Positions 36,308-46,277 of a DNA stretch of 64,000 nt are shown piece by piece. Under the pieces are notes generated by a model. It searched no databases. It saw nothing but the letters and a program-made list of their open reading frames with translations, and had not been told where the DNA came from. This stretch comes from Candidatus Jorgensenbacteria bacterium. Its GTDB lineage: Bacteria; Patescibacteriota; Minisyncoccia; UBA6257; GWB1-50-10. Each line of letters opens with the position of its first letter. The first letter of the stretch is position 1. Made by a program: the position numbers and the translations under genes. The stretch covers positions 25,581-89,580 of the forward strand of contig JAZDFV010000002.1 in NCBI GenBank assembly GCA_043807585.1, in the 5' to 3' direction.

Positions 36308-37594
36308 ATGAGTATTGATCTGAACAAGGTTCGAATGGTGCACTGCGTCGGAATCGGCGGCATCGGAGTCTCCGCCATCGCGCGGATGCTCCACCTGCAG
36401 GGTAAACGGGTTACAGGTTCTGATACCGCGCGCTCGCCCGTAACAGCGATGCTCCGAAAGCTCGGTATCAAAATTATCATCGGGCACCGCGCCAGCAATG
36501 TGGACGGTGCCGGGCTCGTTGTGTACACGAAAGCGGTGGGAAGCGGCAATCCCGAGCTCCGTGCCGCCCGCCGCCGAGGCATTCCGTGTTTCTCCTACGC
36601 CGAGATGCTGGGGCTTATCTCCCGCCACCGCTACACCATCGCGGTCGCCGGCGCGCACGGAAAAACGACCACGACGGCCATGGTCGGGCACATACTTCAC
36701 AAAGCGAAGTTCAACCCCACCATCATCGTTGGGGGCGTCATGGCGGATACGGGGACTAACTTTGTTGCAGGGCGCGGACGGTACTTCGTCGTGGAAGCAT
36801 GCGAGTATAAGAAGTCATTTTTGGATATCAACCCGCGCATCATAGTTATCACGAACATCGATAACGACCACCTGGACTACTACAAGAATCTCACAAACAT
36901 CAAACGTGCCTTCGGCGAGTTTGCGGCGAAATTAGGGAATGGCGGTTTTCTTGTGTGCGACCCCAATGACCCAAATGTGCGCGGGGTGGCGCGCAAGACA
37001 TCGGCTCGCGTGGTGAACTATCGCCGGATGCCGCTCCGCGTGAAACTCCACGTGTTAGGTGCGCACCACAGGAGGAACGCGCAGGCGGCGCTCGCTGTGG
37101 CGCGCGTGCTCGGGGTGCCGATGGAAACCGCGGAGCGTGCCTTGAAAACGTTCCACGGCGTGGGGCGTCGGTTTGAGTACAAGGGTACGTGGCGCGGAGT
37201 GAAGTTCTACGATGATTACGCGCACCACCCGACGGAGATTCGTGCGACACTCAAGGCGGCGCGGGAGCACTTCGGGAAAAAGAGGCGGATTTGGTGCGTA
37301 TTCCAACCGCACCTCTACAGCCGCACGCGCCTCCTCATGAAAGATTTTGCCAGGAGCTTTGGCGATGCGGATCAGGTGCTCCTCGCCGATATCTATGCGG
37401 CGCGGGAAAAGGATGACGGAAAAACGAACTCGCGGGTTTTAGCCGAAAAGATAAACATAAACACGCCAGCACTTTATTTGGGCACGTTCCCACGCATCGC
37501 GGCGTTCTTAAGAATGCACTCAAAAGGGGGAGATGTTGTGATAACGATGGGAGCAGGGGAGGCGTATAAAGTATGGGAGTTAGTTAGAAAATAA
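36308..37594 (+). CDS. murC: UDP-N-acetylmuramate--L-alanine ligase
   Basis: The Mur ligase sequence is present (GTNGKTTTT-like GAHGKTTTT). Confidence 0.9.
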   Translation: MSIDLNKVRMVHCVGIGGIGVSAIARMLHLQGKRVTGSDTARSPVTAMLRKLGIKIIIGHRASNVDGAGLVVYTKAVGSGNPELRAARRRGIPCFSYAEMLGLISRHRYTIAVAGAHGKTTTTAMVGHILHKAKFNPTIIVGGVMADTGTNFVAGRGRYFVVEACEYKKSFLDINPRIIVITNIDNDHLDYYKNLTNIKRAFGEFAAKLGNGGFLVCDPNDPNVRGVARKTSARVVNYRRMPLRVKLHVLGAHHRRNAQAALAVARVLGVPMETAERALKTFHGVGRRFEYKGTWRGVKFYDDYAHHPTEIRATLKAAREHFGKKRRIWCVFQPHLYSRTRLLMKDFARSFGDADQVLLADIYAAREKDDGKTNSRVLAEKININTPALYLGTFPRIAAFLRMHSKGGDVVITMGAGEAYKVWELVRK

Positions 37595-37641
37595 AAGGCG
37601 TACCGAAGCACGCCTTATGATGTTACGCACGCAAGCGAAAC

Positions 37642-37839
37642 TTACGGTTTCGGGATTCTGAAGCCAGTATCGTTCCGATACCGTCGGATAACCTCTCTTG
37701 AAACCCCGAACGATGATATTAGAACGCCGCCAAAGAAAACTGCGTTATTCACGGTTCCGCCGAGCGGGAATTGTTGGGTGGCAACGACAATCGCTGCCAT
37801 AATGAAGCCGATAACGATAAGAGCAAGGTTGAGTTTCAT
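37642..37839 (-). CDS. small hydrophobic peptide (65 aa)
   Basis: A TM-like ORF with a weak call. Confidence 0.3.
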   Translation of the reverse strand: MKLNLALIVIGFIMAAIVVATQQFPLGGTVNNAVFFGGVLISSFGVSREVIRRYRNDTGFRIPKP

Positions 37840-37918
37840 GAAATATCTCCATAATATAGTGCAAGGAATGTGTGTTATTTACAGTTACTGTTTCAATTTT
37901 AGCATATATTAGAAGTAT

Positions 37919-39403
37919 ATGTCAAGTACTAAGAAAAGGGTATTCATTGCGATGTCCCCGAAGCAATCCCTTCGGGATGCTACGGGGCAGGCCGGCGGCG
38001 TGAAGCGGCCGAGGGTTTTTGTTGCGATGAGTGGGGGCGTGGATTCCTCCGTCGCGGCATTGCTGTTGAAAAAAGCCGGCTACGATTGCGTGGGCGTTTT
38101 TATGAAATGCTGGAGTGGAAACGGCCCCTCGGCATCGCTCGGGGCAAGTTGCGCGGAGCGGGATGCGGAGGATGCGCGGCGGGTCGCGGAACATATCGGC
38201 ATACCGTTCTACGTCTTTGATTTTGAGGAGGAATACAAAAAGCGGGTGGTGGAATATATGGTGGAGGGCTACCGCGCTGGTATTACGCCCAACCCTGACG
38301 TGATGTGCAACCGGGAGATAAAGTTCGGGCTGTTCTTGAAACGGGCGCTCGCGCTCGGGGCGGATTATGTGGCGACGGGGCACTACGTCCGTCTGCGGCG
38401 GAATGATGAATTTAGAATTTCTAATTTTGAATCAATTTCTAATTCCAGAATTAACAATTCAAACATTCAATCAAAATTCAAAATTGAGAATTCAAAATTT
38501 GGTCTTTTTCAGGCGAAGGACTTGAATAAAGACCAAAGTTATTTTTTATGGACATTGACCCAGAAGCAACTAAAATACTGCCTTTTCCCCATCGGTGATT
38601 ATCTGAAGTCCGAGGTGCGCGAAATTGCACGGAAGGCGGGGCTCCCCACCGCGGAGAAAAAGGACTCGCAGGGCATCTGTTTCCTGGGCGATGTCCCACT
38701 CAAGGACTTTTTGAAGCAGTATTTGCCGGAGCGGGAGGGGCCAGTGGTGCTTGCCCTGAGCGGAGCCGAAGGGACGGTGTATAAGAAAATAGGGGAGCAT
38801 GAGGGGGCGCATTTCTACACTATCGGTCAGCGCCACGGATTTTTGGTGCAAATGGCAAAGGGCTCCGATGGCAGAGCCATCGCGAGTCCACGACAAAGTC
38901 GGGACAAAGGGCAAAGCAAGGGAGAAACTAAGCCGCACTACATAGCGGCGAAGGATGTCGCAACAAATACGCTTATAGTTGCCGAAGGGAGTGATCACCC
39001 GTCGCTCTTTCAAAGAGAGGTCTCATTAACCGACATCAATTTCATCAATCCACATTCATTAGAAATTGGAAATTGTCTCGCTACGCGAGATCCCGCGAAG
39101 CGGGAGAAATTGGAAATTCCCGTGCTCGCACGGGTGCGGTACCGCCAGCCGCTCTTTGAAGCGACGCTGATTTACTCTGATGGGGAGCGGATAAATGCTG
39201 ATGGAAATCCGTATAAATCAGTTTCAAAATCCGCATCAATCCGCATAGTTTTCAAAAACCCTCAAAAATTCGTCGCTCCCGGCCAGTCCGCGGTGTTTTA
39301 TTTACCCGCCCGTAGCGGTGCGAAGGCGGGCTTGCCCGTCCGAAGCTCGGCGAAGGAGGGTCGCGAGGAGCTTGAAATGTTGGGTGGCGGAATGATTTTG
39401 TAA
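37919..39403 (+). CDS. mnmA: tRNA 2-thiouridine synthase MnmA carrying three in-frame repeat-derived insertions
   Basis: A PP-loop (SGGVDSS) is present, and the ORF is about 130 aa longer than typical MnmA. Insertions sit at 38401-38505 (AT word-palindrome), about 38870-38945, and 39073-39106 (palindromic repeat), and a repeat-derived C-terminal tail follows from about 39325. Confidence 0.85.
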   Translation: MSSTKKRVFIAMSPKQSLRDATGQAGGVKRPRVFVAMSGGVDSSVAALLLKKAGYDCVGVFMKCWSGNGPSASLGASCAERDAEDARRVAEHIGIPFYVFDFEEEYKKRVVEYMVEGYRAGITPNPDVMCNREIKFGLFLKRALALGADYVATGHYVRLRRNDEFRISNFESISNSRINNSNIQSKFKIENSKFGLFQAKDLNKDQSYFLWTLTQKQLKYCLFPIGDYLKSEVREIARKAGLPTAEKKDSQGICFLGDVPLKDFLKQYLPEREGPVVLALSGAEGTVYKKIGEHEGAHFYTIGQRHGFLVQMAKGSDGRAIASPRQSRDKGQSKGETKPHYIAAKDVATNTLIVAEGSDHPSLFQREVSLTDINFINPHSLEIGNCLATRDPAKREKLEIPVLARVRYRQPLFEATLIYSDGERINADGNPYKSVSKSASIRIVFKNPQKFVAPGQSAVFYLPARSGAKAGLPVRSSAKEGREELEMLGGGMIL

Positions 39404-39489
39404 TGGCTTCAATTTGTACGTATATGCGTACAAATTGAAGCATCGCGGTTTTGTGAGGTGCGGTGGTATAATTGCTGAAAGTCGTTAGT

Positions 39490-39600
39490 TATTGGTCGTA
39501 AGTTATTTGTTAGACGCTGATAAACGCTGATTTGCAGAACGCTGATTTACGCCGATGTTATCAGTCATAAGTTATCAGTCATAAGTTATAAGTTACTCCC
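39490..39600. repeat. CGCTGAT/ATCAG word-palindrome upstream of comEC
   Basis: acgctgat x3 is followed by atcagtcataagtt x2. Confidence 0.6.
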
Positions 39601-41076
39601 ATGCGCTCCTACGATGTTTTCTTCTTTGGGGCGCTCTTCTTTCTCCTTGGAGTGCTCCTCGCGAGCATGGGTGTGAAGGCCGGGACACTGTGGATATTCC
39701 TCGCCCTGGAGGTGGGTTGCCTCGCGGCGTGGGCGTTTTTTGAGCGCATCCCAAGCCGCTTCCGGTGGCGCATTGCGCGGAAAGGATGGCTCGCGCTAAT
39801 CGCCCTTTTATTTTTGCTCCCCGTGGGGGCGCTCTACTACACATGGGATGATAGGGACTTCCGCGCGGCGCGGTTTCCGAGCGGGGAGGTAGGGTTTTCC
39901 GGCGTCGTGGTCGGCGACCCCAAGGGGAGCGGCACGACGCAGGAGGCAGTGGTGGAACTCTCCACTCCCCACGCCGGAAAGGTTCTCGTGAAGCTCCGCT
40001 CCTTCCCGCGCGTGGCCTACGGCGACACGCTCGCGCTCACGGGCACCGTTGAACCCCCATCGCCCGCTTCTTACGCGCGCTACCTCGCCAAGGAGCGCGT
40101 GGGCTGCATCGTGGCGTTCCCTGTATTTTCCGTCGTGGCGAGCGGAAACGGCTCTCCTGTGCGGGCGTTTCTCTACGAGGTGAAGCATCGCGTCATCGGC
40201 GCGTTCCAGAGGGCGCTCCCCGTGGAAGAGGCCGCGTTCCTCGGAGGCCTCACTGTGGGTGAGCGGAGCGAGTTCAGCAGGGAGTTCAGGGATGCGATGC
40301 AGAGGAGCGGTACCACGCACCTCGTCGCGCTCTCGGGGTACAACATTTCCATCGTGGCGTGGGTGGCGATGGGGTTCTTCATCACGTTCCTCCGGAGGCG
40401 GTGGGCGTTCGCGGCGACCGTTCTCGTCATCCTCGGGTTCGTGCTCATGACGGGCGGCGAGGCCTCGGTGGTGCGGGCGGCGATCATGGGGGTGCTCCTG
40501 CTCATCGCCCGCGAGGTGGGGCGTGTCTACAGCATCCGTAACGCGGTTCTCTTCGCGGCGCTCGCGATGGTGCTCGTGAACCCCAAGGTGCTCGCGTTCG
40601 ACGTGGGGTTCCAGCTCTCATTCCTCGCTTTCCTCGGCATCGCGTACCTGCGGCCCGCCATCGTTTCACTGCTGAGGTTCCCCGAGGAGCCGGGGTTCCT
40701 CTCGTGGCGCGACAACCTCACGGCTACCGCCTCGGCCCAGCTCGCCGTGGTGCCGCTTCTCATCTCCTCCTTTGGCGGGTTCTCGGTGTTTTCCCTCGTC
40801 GCGAACGTCATTGTCCTGGAGCTCGTCCCGGTCACCATGGGGCTTGGGTTCCTCATGGCGTTCCTCACGGCGGCGGGGGAGTACGCCGCACTCGCCTTCG
40901 GGTGGCTCACCTGGGTGCTTTTGCGGTTCGAGGTTGCGGTGATAAAGTTCTTCGGGGTGCTCTACATTCCGCTCGCGCCGGAACTGAACTGGTTCCTCAT
41001 CACTTTCTACTACGCGGCCCTTGTGGGTTTCATCATCTATGTTCGAAGGCATACGCTCGCTCGTCGCACGGCATAA
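39601..41076 (+). CDS. comEC: ComEC/Rec2 competence channel, membrane domain portion
   Basis: It is a polytopic ComEC-like sequence. Confidence 0.8.
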   Translation: MRSYDVFFFGALFFLLGVLLASMGVKAGTLWIFLALEVGCLAAWAFFERIPSRFRWRIARKGWLALIALLFLLPVGALYYTWDDRDFRAARFPSGEVGFSGVVVGDPKGSGTTQEAVVELSTPHAGKVLVKLRSFPRVAYGDTLALTGTVEPPSPASYARYLAKERVGCIVAFPVFSVVASGNGSPVRAFLYEVKHRVIGAFQRALPVEEAAFLGGLTVGERSEFSREFRDAMQRSGTTHLVALSGYNISIVAWVAMGFFITFLRRRWAFAATVLVILGFVLMTGGEASVVRAAIMGVLLLIAREVGRVYSIRNAVLFAALAMVLVNPKVLAFDVGFQLSFLAFLGIAYLRPAIVSLLRFPEEPGFLSWRDNLTATASAQLAVVPLLISSFGGFSVFSLVANVIVLELVPVTMGLGFLMAFLTAAGEYAALAFGWLTWVLLRFEVAVIKFFGVLYIPLAPELNWFLITFYYAALVGFIIYVRRHTLARRTA

Positions 41077-41914
41077 AAACAAAGCGCTCATCCTCCTCGC
41101 GGCGCTCGCGGTTCTGGACGCGCTCATTTTCGCGCAGATCGGCGCATCACGCTCTGGCTATAAGCCATTTGCTATTAGCTTTCTCAACGTGGGGCAGGGG
41201 GACGCATCGCTCCTCATCTTTCCCACCGGAGTGAAGATGCTCATTGACGGCGGTCCGCCGAACGGCAGGGTGCTCGCCGAGCTCGAGGAGATCCTCCCGC
41301 ACACCGACCGCTACCTTGACCTTGTGATGATGAGCCACCCGCAGGTGGACCACTTCGGGGGTTTGATCGAGGTGGTGCGGCGTTACTCGGTGGGTGCATT
41401 CCTCATGTCGGTCCGGAATGGGGAAGGTGAGGCCCTCACTGAACTGCAGAAGGTGATCGCGGAGCGCGGCATTCGCACCGTCACTCTCGGGAGGGGCGAT
41501 GCGGTGAGAAACGGCGCCACCGTCGCCTCCGTGCTCTCTCCCACCCCGGCGCTCCTCATGAGCAAAGAGGCGAACGATGCGAGTATGGTGGTGGAAGTTT
41601 TGAGTGCGGGGGTGACGTCGCTTTTCACCGGGGATATGGGGAGCAAAGCGGAAGCGGCACTCCTGCCGCTTCTCCCAGGGCGCATTGATATCCTCAAGGT
41701 GCCGCACCACGGTTCCAAGTTCGCTTCTGGTGCGGCGTTCCTGAAGGCGGTCCACCCCGTGCTCGCGGTGATTGAAGTGGGGAAGAACAGCTACGGCCAC
41801 CCTACGCCAGAGGTGCTCGCGCGTCTCGCCGAGGTGGGTGCAAAGATATTCCGCACCGATGAGGGTGGGGTGACGGTCACGGCCGACGGTGAATCGCTGC
41901 GGATTTTCCGGTAG
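41039..41914 (+). CDS. ComEC C-terminal MBL-fold domain encoded as a separate overlapping ORF
   Basis: The MBL sequence is present (ISFLNVGQGDASLL). It lies in a different frame that overlaps the end of the previous ORF. Confidence 0.7.
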   Translation: MFEGIRSLVARHKNKALILLAALAVLDALIFAQIGASRSGYKPFAISFLNVGQGDASLLIFPTGVKMLIDGGPPNGRVLAELEEILPHTDRYLDLVMMSHPQVDHFGGLIEVVRRYSVGAFLMSVRNGEGEALTELQKVIAERGIRTVTLGRGDAVRNGATVASVLSPTPALLMSKEANDASMVVEVLSAGVTSLFTGDMGSKAEAALLPLLPGRIDILKVPHHGSKFASGAAFLKAVHPVLAVIEVGKNSYGHPTPEVLARLAEVGAKIFRTDEGGVTVTADGESLRIFR

Positions 41915-41957
41915 TGTTCCATGTTCCATTAACGACTTACGATGTCGTTAATTTGAT

Positions 41958-41988
41958 TTGACAATAATGTAGTTGGAGTGCTATAATC
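41958..41988 (+). promoter_or_regulatory. sigma70-like promoter TTGACA-N19-TATAAT upstream of the 42072 gene
   Basis: Both hexamers are read directly, and a good SD (ggagga) precedes the ATG at 42072. Confidence 0.55.
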
Positions 41989-42071
41989 CAAACCAGCTTG
42001 TTTAACAGTGGCGCGTCTAGGGCCTGCCAGGGTGGCGGGTGAAGGGTGGCCACAAAAATGCGGAGGATACA

Positions 42072-42770
42072 ATGAGCAAGAAGCAAACGACCCCACTTGA
42101 ACAGTACGCCGGGCACCTGCAATCGGTGATGAGTTACCTTTCCAAAGGATTCACCGAGCGTGGCATCAATACCGTTGAGTTGCTCGCGAAAGCCGCGCAA
42201 CCGGAGAGCGAGCCAGCACTGGATGAAATTATTGAGGTGTGCGCGGGATTAATGGTCGGGGCGAGAGAACTCGCTTTGAAACACCCCGCCCTCATAGAAC
42301 CCCGCATCATCATCGCCACCCCCGCCTTCTCCAAGGCCCAATTCTTCGGCTCCCAGATGGGCGTGGGTATCTCCATGGGAACCAATTTTGAAAATTGGGT
42401 TTTGAGTGAGGTATCCGATGAGGTGCCCGCGTCGCAAGGCCTCGTGCTCGCATCCCTGGATCTCTCGCAACAAATGAGAGACACGGAGATCAGGGGTGAG
42501 ATTGGCGCGGATAATCCCCTCACCCCCGACCAGTGGGCACAAGCGCTCTACTTCAACCTCACCCGCCAACCCAATGGAGAGAAGGGATATTTCAAAACCA
42601 ACGATTTCTTCAGCAACCTCTCTTACCTGAAGTTGAGGGGCGGAGAAATTGTTGCGGCGGGCGCGTACTGGGACCCCGACGATCGCGTGTGGGGCCTGGG
42701 CGCCGATCGCCTTGATGCTGATCCGTGGGGTGTCGGCGATCGCGTTTTCCCCGCAGCTCCGACGGTTTAG
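42072..42770 (+). CDS. hypothetical protein (232 aa)
   Basis: It has a promoter and SD. Its last 100 nt or so are duplicated downstream at 43108-43200. Confidence 0.55.
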   Translation: MSKKQTTPLEQYAGHLQSVMSYLSKGFTERGINTVELLAKAAQPESEPALDEIIEVCAGLMVGARELALKHPALIEPRIIIATPAFSKAQFFGSQMGVGISMGTNFENWVLSEVSDEVPASQGLVLASLDLSQQMRDTEIRGEIGADNPLTPDQWAQALYFNLTRQPNGEKGYFKTNDFFSNLSYLKLRGGEIVAAGAYWDPDDRVWGLGADRLDADPWGVGDRVFPAAPTV

Positions 42771-43107
42771 TCGGAGCGGGCTGGCCCTTCGTTCTTGAAT
42801 CCTTAGTCCCTTGGATTCTTGAACTTAATCTTCAGCCCTTTTCGCACTACGCGAAAAGGGCTGTATATTTTTGTATAATGAAAGCGGAGTTCCCGAATCT
42901 GCCGCGGCCAATACTGTTTGCTGGCGAAGCAGGGTTTCGGCGGGGGATTCCAAGTTTATAACGAAGGGCCAGCTGGTGCCGGGCGCTAGCGAGCTCACGG
43001 CTCGGAATAAAATTCAGCATTGAGAATTCGCCAAAGACGCCAGTCGCGATTCAAAATGCGGTGACACGGGAGGCGCGCGGCAATGGTTAACGGCGGTTGC
43101 GGCGAAC

Positions 43108-43200
43108 GCGTACTGGAACCCCGACGATCGCGTGTGGAACCTGAACGCCAATCGCCTTGATGATGATCCGTGGAATGTCGGCAATCGCGTTTTCCCCGCA
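43108..43200 (+). pseudogene. decayed duplicate of the 3' end of the 42072..42770 gene
   Basis: About 95 nt are alignable with 42661-42756, and nearly all differences are G to A. Confidence 0.6.
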
Positions 43201-43294
43201 GGTTGCCCTTCTCTTGCTCTCCGGTTCAATACCGGAGAGTTTTATTCTTGACGCATCTGGTATTTCGCGGGATTTTCGGCTATACTTTTTCCAC

Positions 43295-44713
43295 ATGAGA
43301 ATTCTTTCCTCGGAGATTACAGCGCATGAGGGCAAGGAGGTGGAGCTCGCCGGGTGGGTGGATACCCGCCGTGATCACGGCAAGCTCATTTTTATTGACC
43401 TGCGCGACCGGGGCGGAATTGCCCAAGTGGTGTTCCCGGCGGCCGACAAAACGCTCCTTGAAAAGGCGGAGCGGCTGCGCCCCGAGTGGGTTGTGCGGGT
43501 GAGGGGGATGGTGCAGAAACGTCCCAAGGGGATGGAGAATGAGAAACTCCAGAACGGCTCCCACGAGGTGGCGGCGAGCGTGCTCGAAATATTCACCGAA
43601 GCGAAGACCCCGCCGTTCGACATCGCGGGTAGCGGACTCGAGGTGAACGAGGAAGTGCGAATGAAGTACCGCTACCTCGACCTCCGCCGGCCCCGGCTCC
43701 AGAAAAACATCCGCATTCGGTCGAAGATACTCGGTTTCATCAGGGAGTTCCTCGGCGCGCGTGACTTTGTGGAGGTGGAAACGCCCATCCTCGGCAAATC
43801 CACTCCCGAGGGCGCGCGGGATTACCTTGTGCCTTCGCGGCTCCAGCCGGGAGCTTTCTACGCATTGCCGCAGTCGCCCCAGCAGTACAAGCAGCTCCTC
43901 ATGGTGGCGGGGATGGAACGGTATTTCCAGGTGGCCCGCTGCTTTCGCGACGAGGATACCCGCGGCGACCGCCAGCCGGAGTTCACCCAACTTGACCTTG
44001 AGATGAGCTTCACGAGCGAGGAAGAGGTGCTCGCCATCACGGAGGAATTCTATGTGGCGCTCGTGAAACGGTTTTACCCCGGGAAGAAGATCGCGCAGGT
44101 GCCCTTTCCCCGCCTCACCCATAAGGAAGTGATGGAGAGGTACGGTTCCGACAAGCCGGACCTCCGGACGGACAAGGACAACGGTAATGAGCTTGCCTTC
44201 GCGTTCGTGACCGATTTCCCCATGTTCGAGTGGAAGGGTGGGGAGAAACGCTGGGATGCGGTGCACCATCCCTTCACCATGCCGCGTGTGATGGATGTGA
44301 ACGATTTCAACATCAAGTTCAAGGAAGGTCCCAGCAAGATGCTCGCGCGGCAGTACGACGCGGTGCTGAACGGTTTTGAGATCGGGGGCGGCTCCATCCG
44401 CATCCACGAGCCCAAGCTCCTCGCGGCGGTCTTTGAGGCTATGGGCAACGAACCGGAAGAGGTGCGGGAGAAATTTGGGCACATGCTCGAGGCCTTTGAT
44501 TACGGCGTGCCGCCGCACGGCGGCATCGCGCTGGGGTTGGATCGCCTCTTTGCGATTTTGGAGGGTGAGCCGAACATCCGCGAGGTCATCGCGTTCCCGA
44601 AGACCGGCGACGGGCGCGATCTCCTGATGGGAGCGCCCTCGCCTGTGGACGCGAAACAGTTGAAGGAACTGCACATCGCGGTCGAGGAGGAAAAGAAGAA
44701 CGGGAAGAAATAA
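43295..44713 (+). CDS. aspS: aspartate--tRNA ligase
   Basis: Class IIb motifs (FRDEDTR, GGGSIRIH) and an N-terminal OB fold are present. Confidence 0.9.
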   Translation: MRILSSEITAHEGKEVELAGWVDTRRDHGKLIFIDLRDRGGIAQVVFPAADKTLLEKAERLRPEWVVRVRGMVQKRPKGMENEKLQNGSHEVAASVLEIFTEAKTPPFDIAGSGLEVNEEVRMKYRYLDLRRPRLQKNIRIRSKILGFIREFLGARDFVEVETPILGKSTPEGARDYLVPSRLQPGAFYALPQSPQQYKQLLMVAGMERYFQVARCFRDEDTRGDRQPEFTQLDLEMSFTSEEEVLAITEEFYVALVKRFYPGKKIAQVPFPRLTHKEVMERYGSDKPDLRTDKDNGNELAFAFVTDFPMFEWKGGEKRWDAVHHPFTMPRVMDVNDFNIKFKEGPSKMLARQYDAVLNGFEIGGGSIRIHEPKLLAAVFEAMGNEPEEVREKFGHMLEAFDYGVPPHGGIALGLDRLFAILEGEPNIREVIAFPKTGDGRDLLMGAPSPVDAKQLKELHIAVEEEKKNGKK

Positions 44714-44715
44714 TT

Positions 44716-45306
44716 GTGTACAGATTCAAAGAAGAAAAAACACTGGTGCTCATCAAACCCGATGGCGTGAAGCGGGGACTCGTGGGAGAGATCATCCGCC
44801 GCGTGGAACAGCGCGGTCTGAAGATTGTCGCTTTGAAGATGTTCCAGGCCGCACCCGATGAGCTTGAAAAGCACTATCCGAAAACCAAAGAATATTTTGC
44901 GAGTTTGGGAGGCAAAACGCTTGCCACCTACGCGAAGTACGGGATGGATCCCGTGAAGGAGATGGGAACGTCGGACCCGGAAAAGATCGGGGAACAGGTG
45001 CACCAGTGGGTTGTGGACTTTATGACCTCGGGGCCGCTTGTCAAGATGGTGGTGCAGGGTCTCCATGCGGTGGAAATGGTGCGGAAACTGGTAGGGCCTA
45101 CCATGCCGGCCCAGGCGGAGATGGGGACCGTGAGGGGCGACTTTTCGGTTGATTCCGCGGCGCTTGCGAATACGCAAAAACGGGCCGTCCACAACCTCGT
45201 GCACGCCTCCGGGTCCGTTGAAGAGGCGGAAAAAGAGATAGCGCTGTGGCTCACCCCGTTAGAAATCCACGAATACAAGCGGGCGGAGGAGGACATCATG
45301 TTTTAG
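44716..45306 (+). CDS. ndk: nucleoside diphosphate kinase (long form with insertions)
   Basis: The NDK sequence is present (LVLIKPDGV...NLVHAS). Confidence 0.8.
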   Translation: MYRFKEEKTLVLIKPDGVKRGLVGEIIRRVEQRGLKIVALKMFQAAPDELEKHYPKTKEYFASLGGKTLATYAKYGMDPVKEMGTSDPEKIGEQVHQWVVDFMTSGPLVKMVVQGLHAVEMVRKLVGPTMPAQAEMGTVRGDFSVDSAALANTQKRAVHNLVHASGSVEEAEKEIALWLTPLEIHEYKRAEEDIMF

Positions 45307-45330
45307 CACCTTCGCAGGAGTATCAATATT

Positions 45331-46266
45331 ATGACGCGTGAGAACGCACCGCGCTTCGGAGTCGCAGGGAATCCGCCGAACTTTTGGAAGTCAAAATATA
45401 AATCTGACCGGCTAAATGCGGTAGAGTGGCTTCAAGGGATTGGTCTCAATGCCCTGGAATTACAGGCAACCTATGGCATCAAGATGCCGAGAGAGCGGGC
45501 GCTTCAATTCAGAGAGAAAGCGGAGAAGTGTGGGATATCTCTATCGTTGCATGCACCATATTTTGTTAATTTAGCGAGCAAAGATGCAGGTGTGGTTAAT
45601 CGTTCCATCCATCGGGTTCTTGATGCATTTCAGCTTGCAAGATGGTTGGGGACAGACCGAATCGTTTTTCACCCCGGTGGATTCGCCGGTGACCGAAATA
45701 GAGCTGTAGAGCAATTAATTTCGGGTGTCAAAATAATACAGAATCAGTTACCCGACGATGGCATCTTTTTAAGGGCTGAAGTGGGGGGTAAGATTAATCA
45801 GTTGGGCTCGCTGGACGAGATTATCACCATCTGCAAGGAAACGAGCATCGTAAAACCATGCATTGATTTCGCCCATCTTCATGCGCGTGAACATGGCTCT
45901 TTGATAAGTACGGAGGATTTTCGAAGAGTCTTCAGAAGGATTGAGGGTGATCTGGGTTCTGAGGTCTTAGAATTTTTACACTGCCACGTCTATCCTGTTG
46001 ACTTCAATAATTCGGGTGAGAAGTCCCACAAAAAATTCACCGATCGGAGACACACCGAACCACAACTTACTTTCTTCAGTAAATCTAACCCCCCAATTCA
46101 GGACAGGTACTATCCGCGCTTCGAACCATTTCTTGATGCCGTCATTGAATTTAACATGCAACCCACGATTATCTGCGAGGCAAAGGATTCTCAAGATGAG
46201 GGTGCCTTATTGATGAAAGCTTACTATACTAAAAAGACCAGTCAGATGGCACAATCTCTTTCATAG
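45331..46266 (+). CDS. xylose-isomerase-like TIM-barrel protein (AP endonuclease family 2/Nfo-like)
   Basis: The pattern GVAGNPP...LSLHAPYFVNLAS...VFHPG resembles the endonuclease IV fold. Confidence 0.55.
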   Translation: MTRENAPRFGVAGNPPNFWKSKYKSDRLNAVEWLQGIGLNALELQATYGIKMPRERALQFREKAEKCGISLSLHAPYFVNLASKDAGVVNRSIHRVLDAFQLARWLGTDRIVFHPGGFAGDRNRAVEQLISGVKIIQNQLPDDGIFLRAEVGGKINQLGSLDEIITICKETSIVKPCIDFAHLHAREHGSLISTEDFRRVFRRIEGDLGSEVLEFLHCHVYPVDFNNSGEKSHKKFTDRRHTEPQLTFFSKSNPPIQDRYYPRFEPFLDAVIEFNMQPTIICEAKDSQDEGALLMKAYYTKKTSQMAQSLS

Positions 46267-46277
46267 GTGTAATAACC

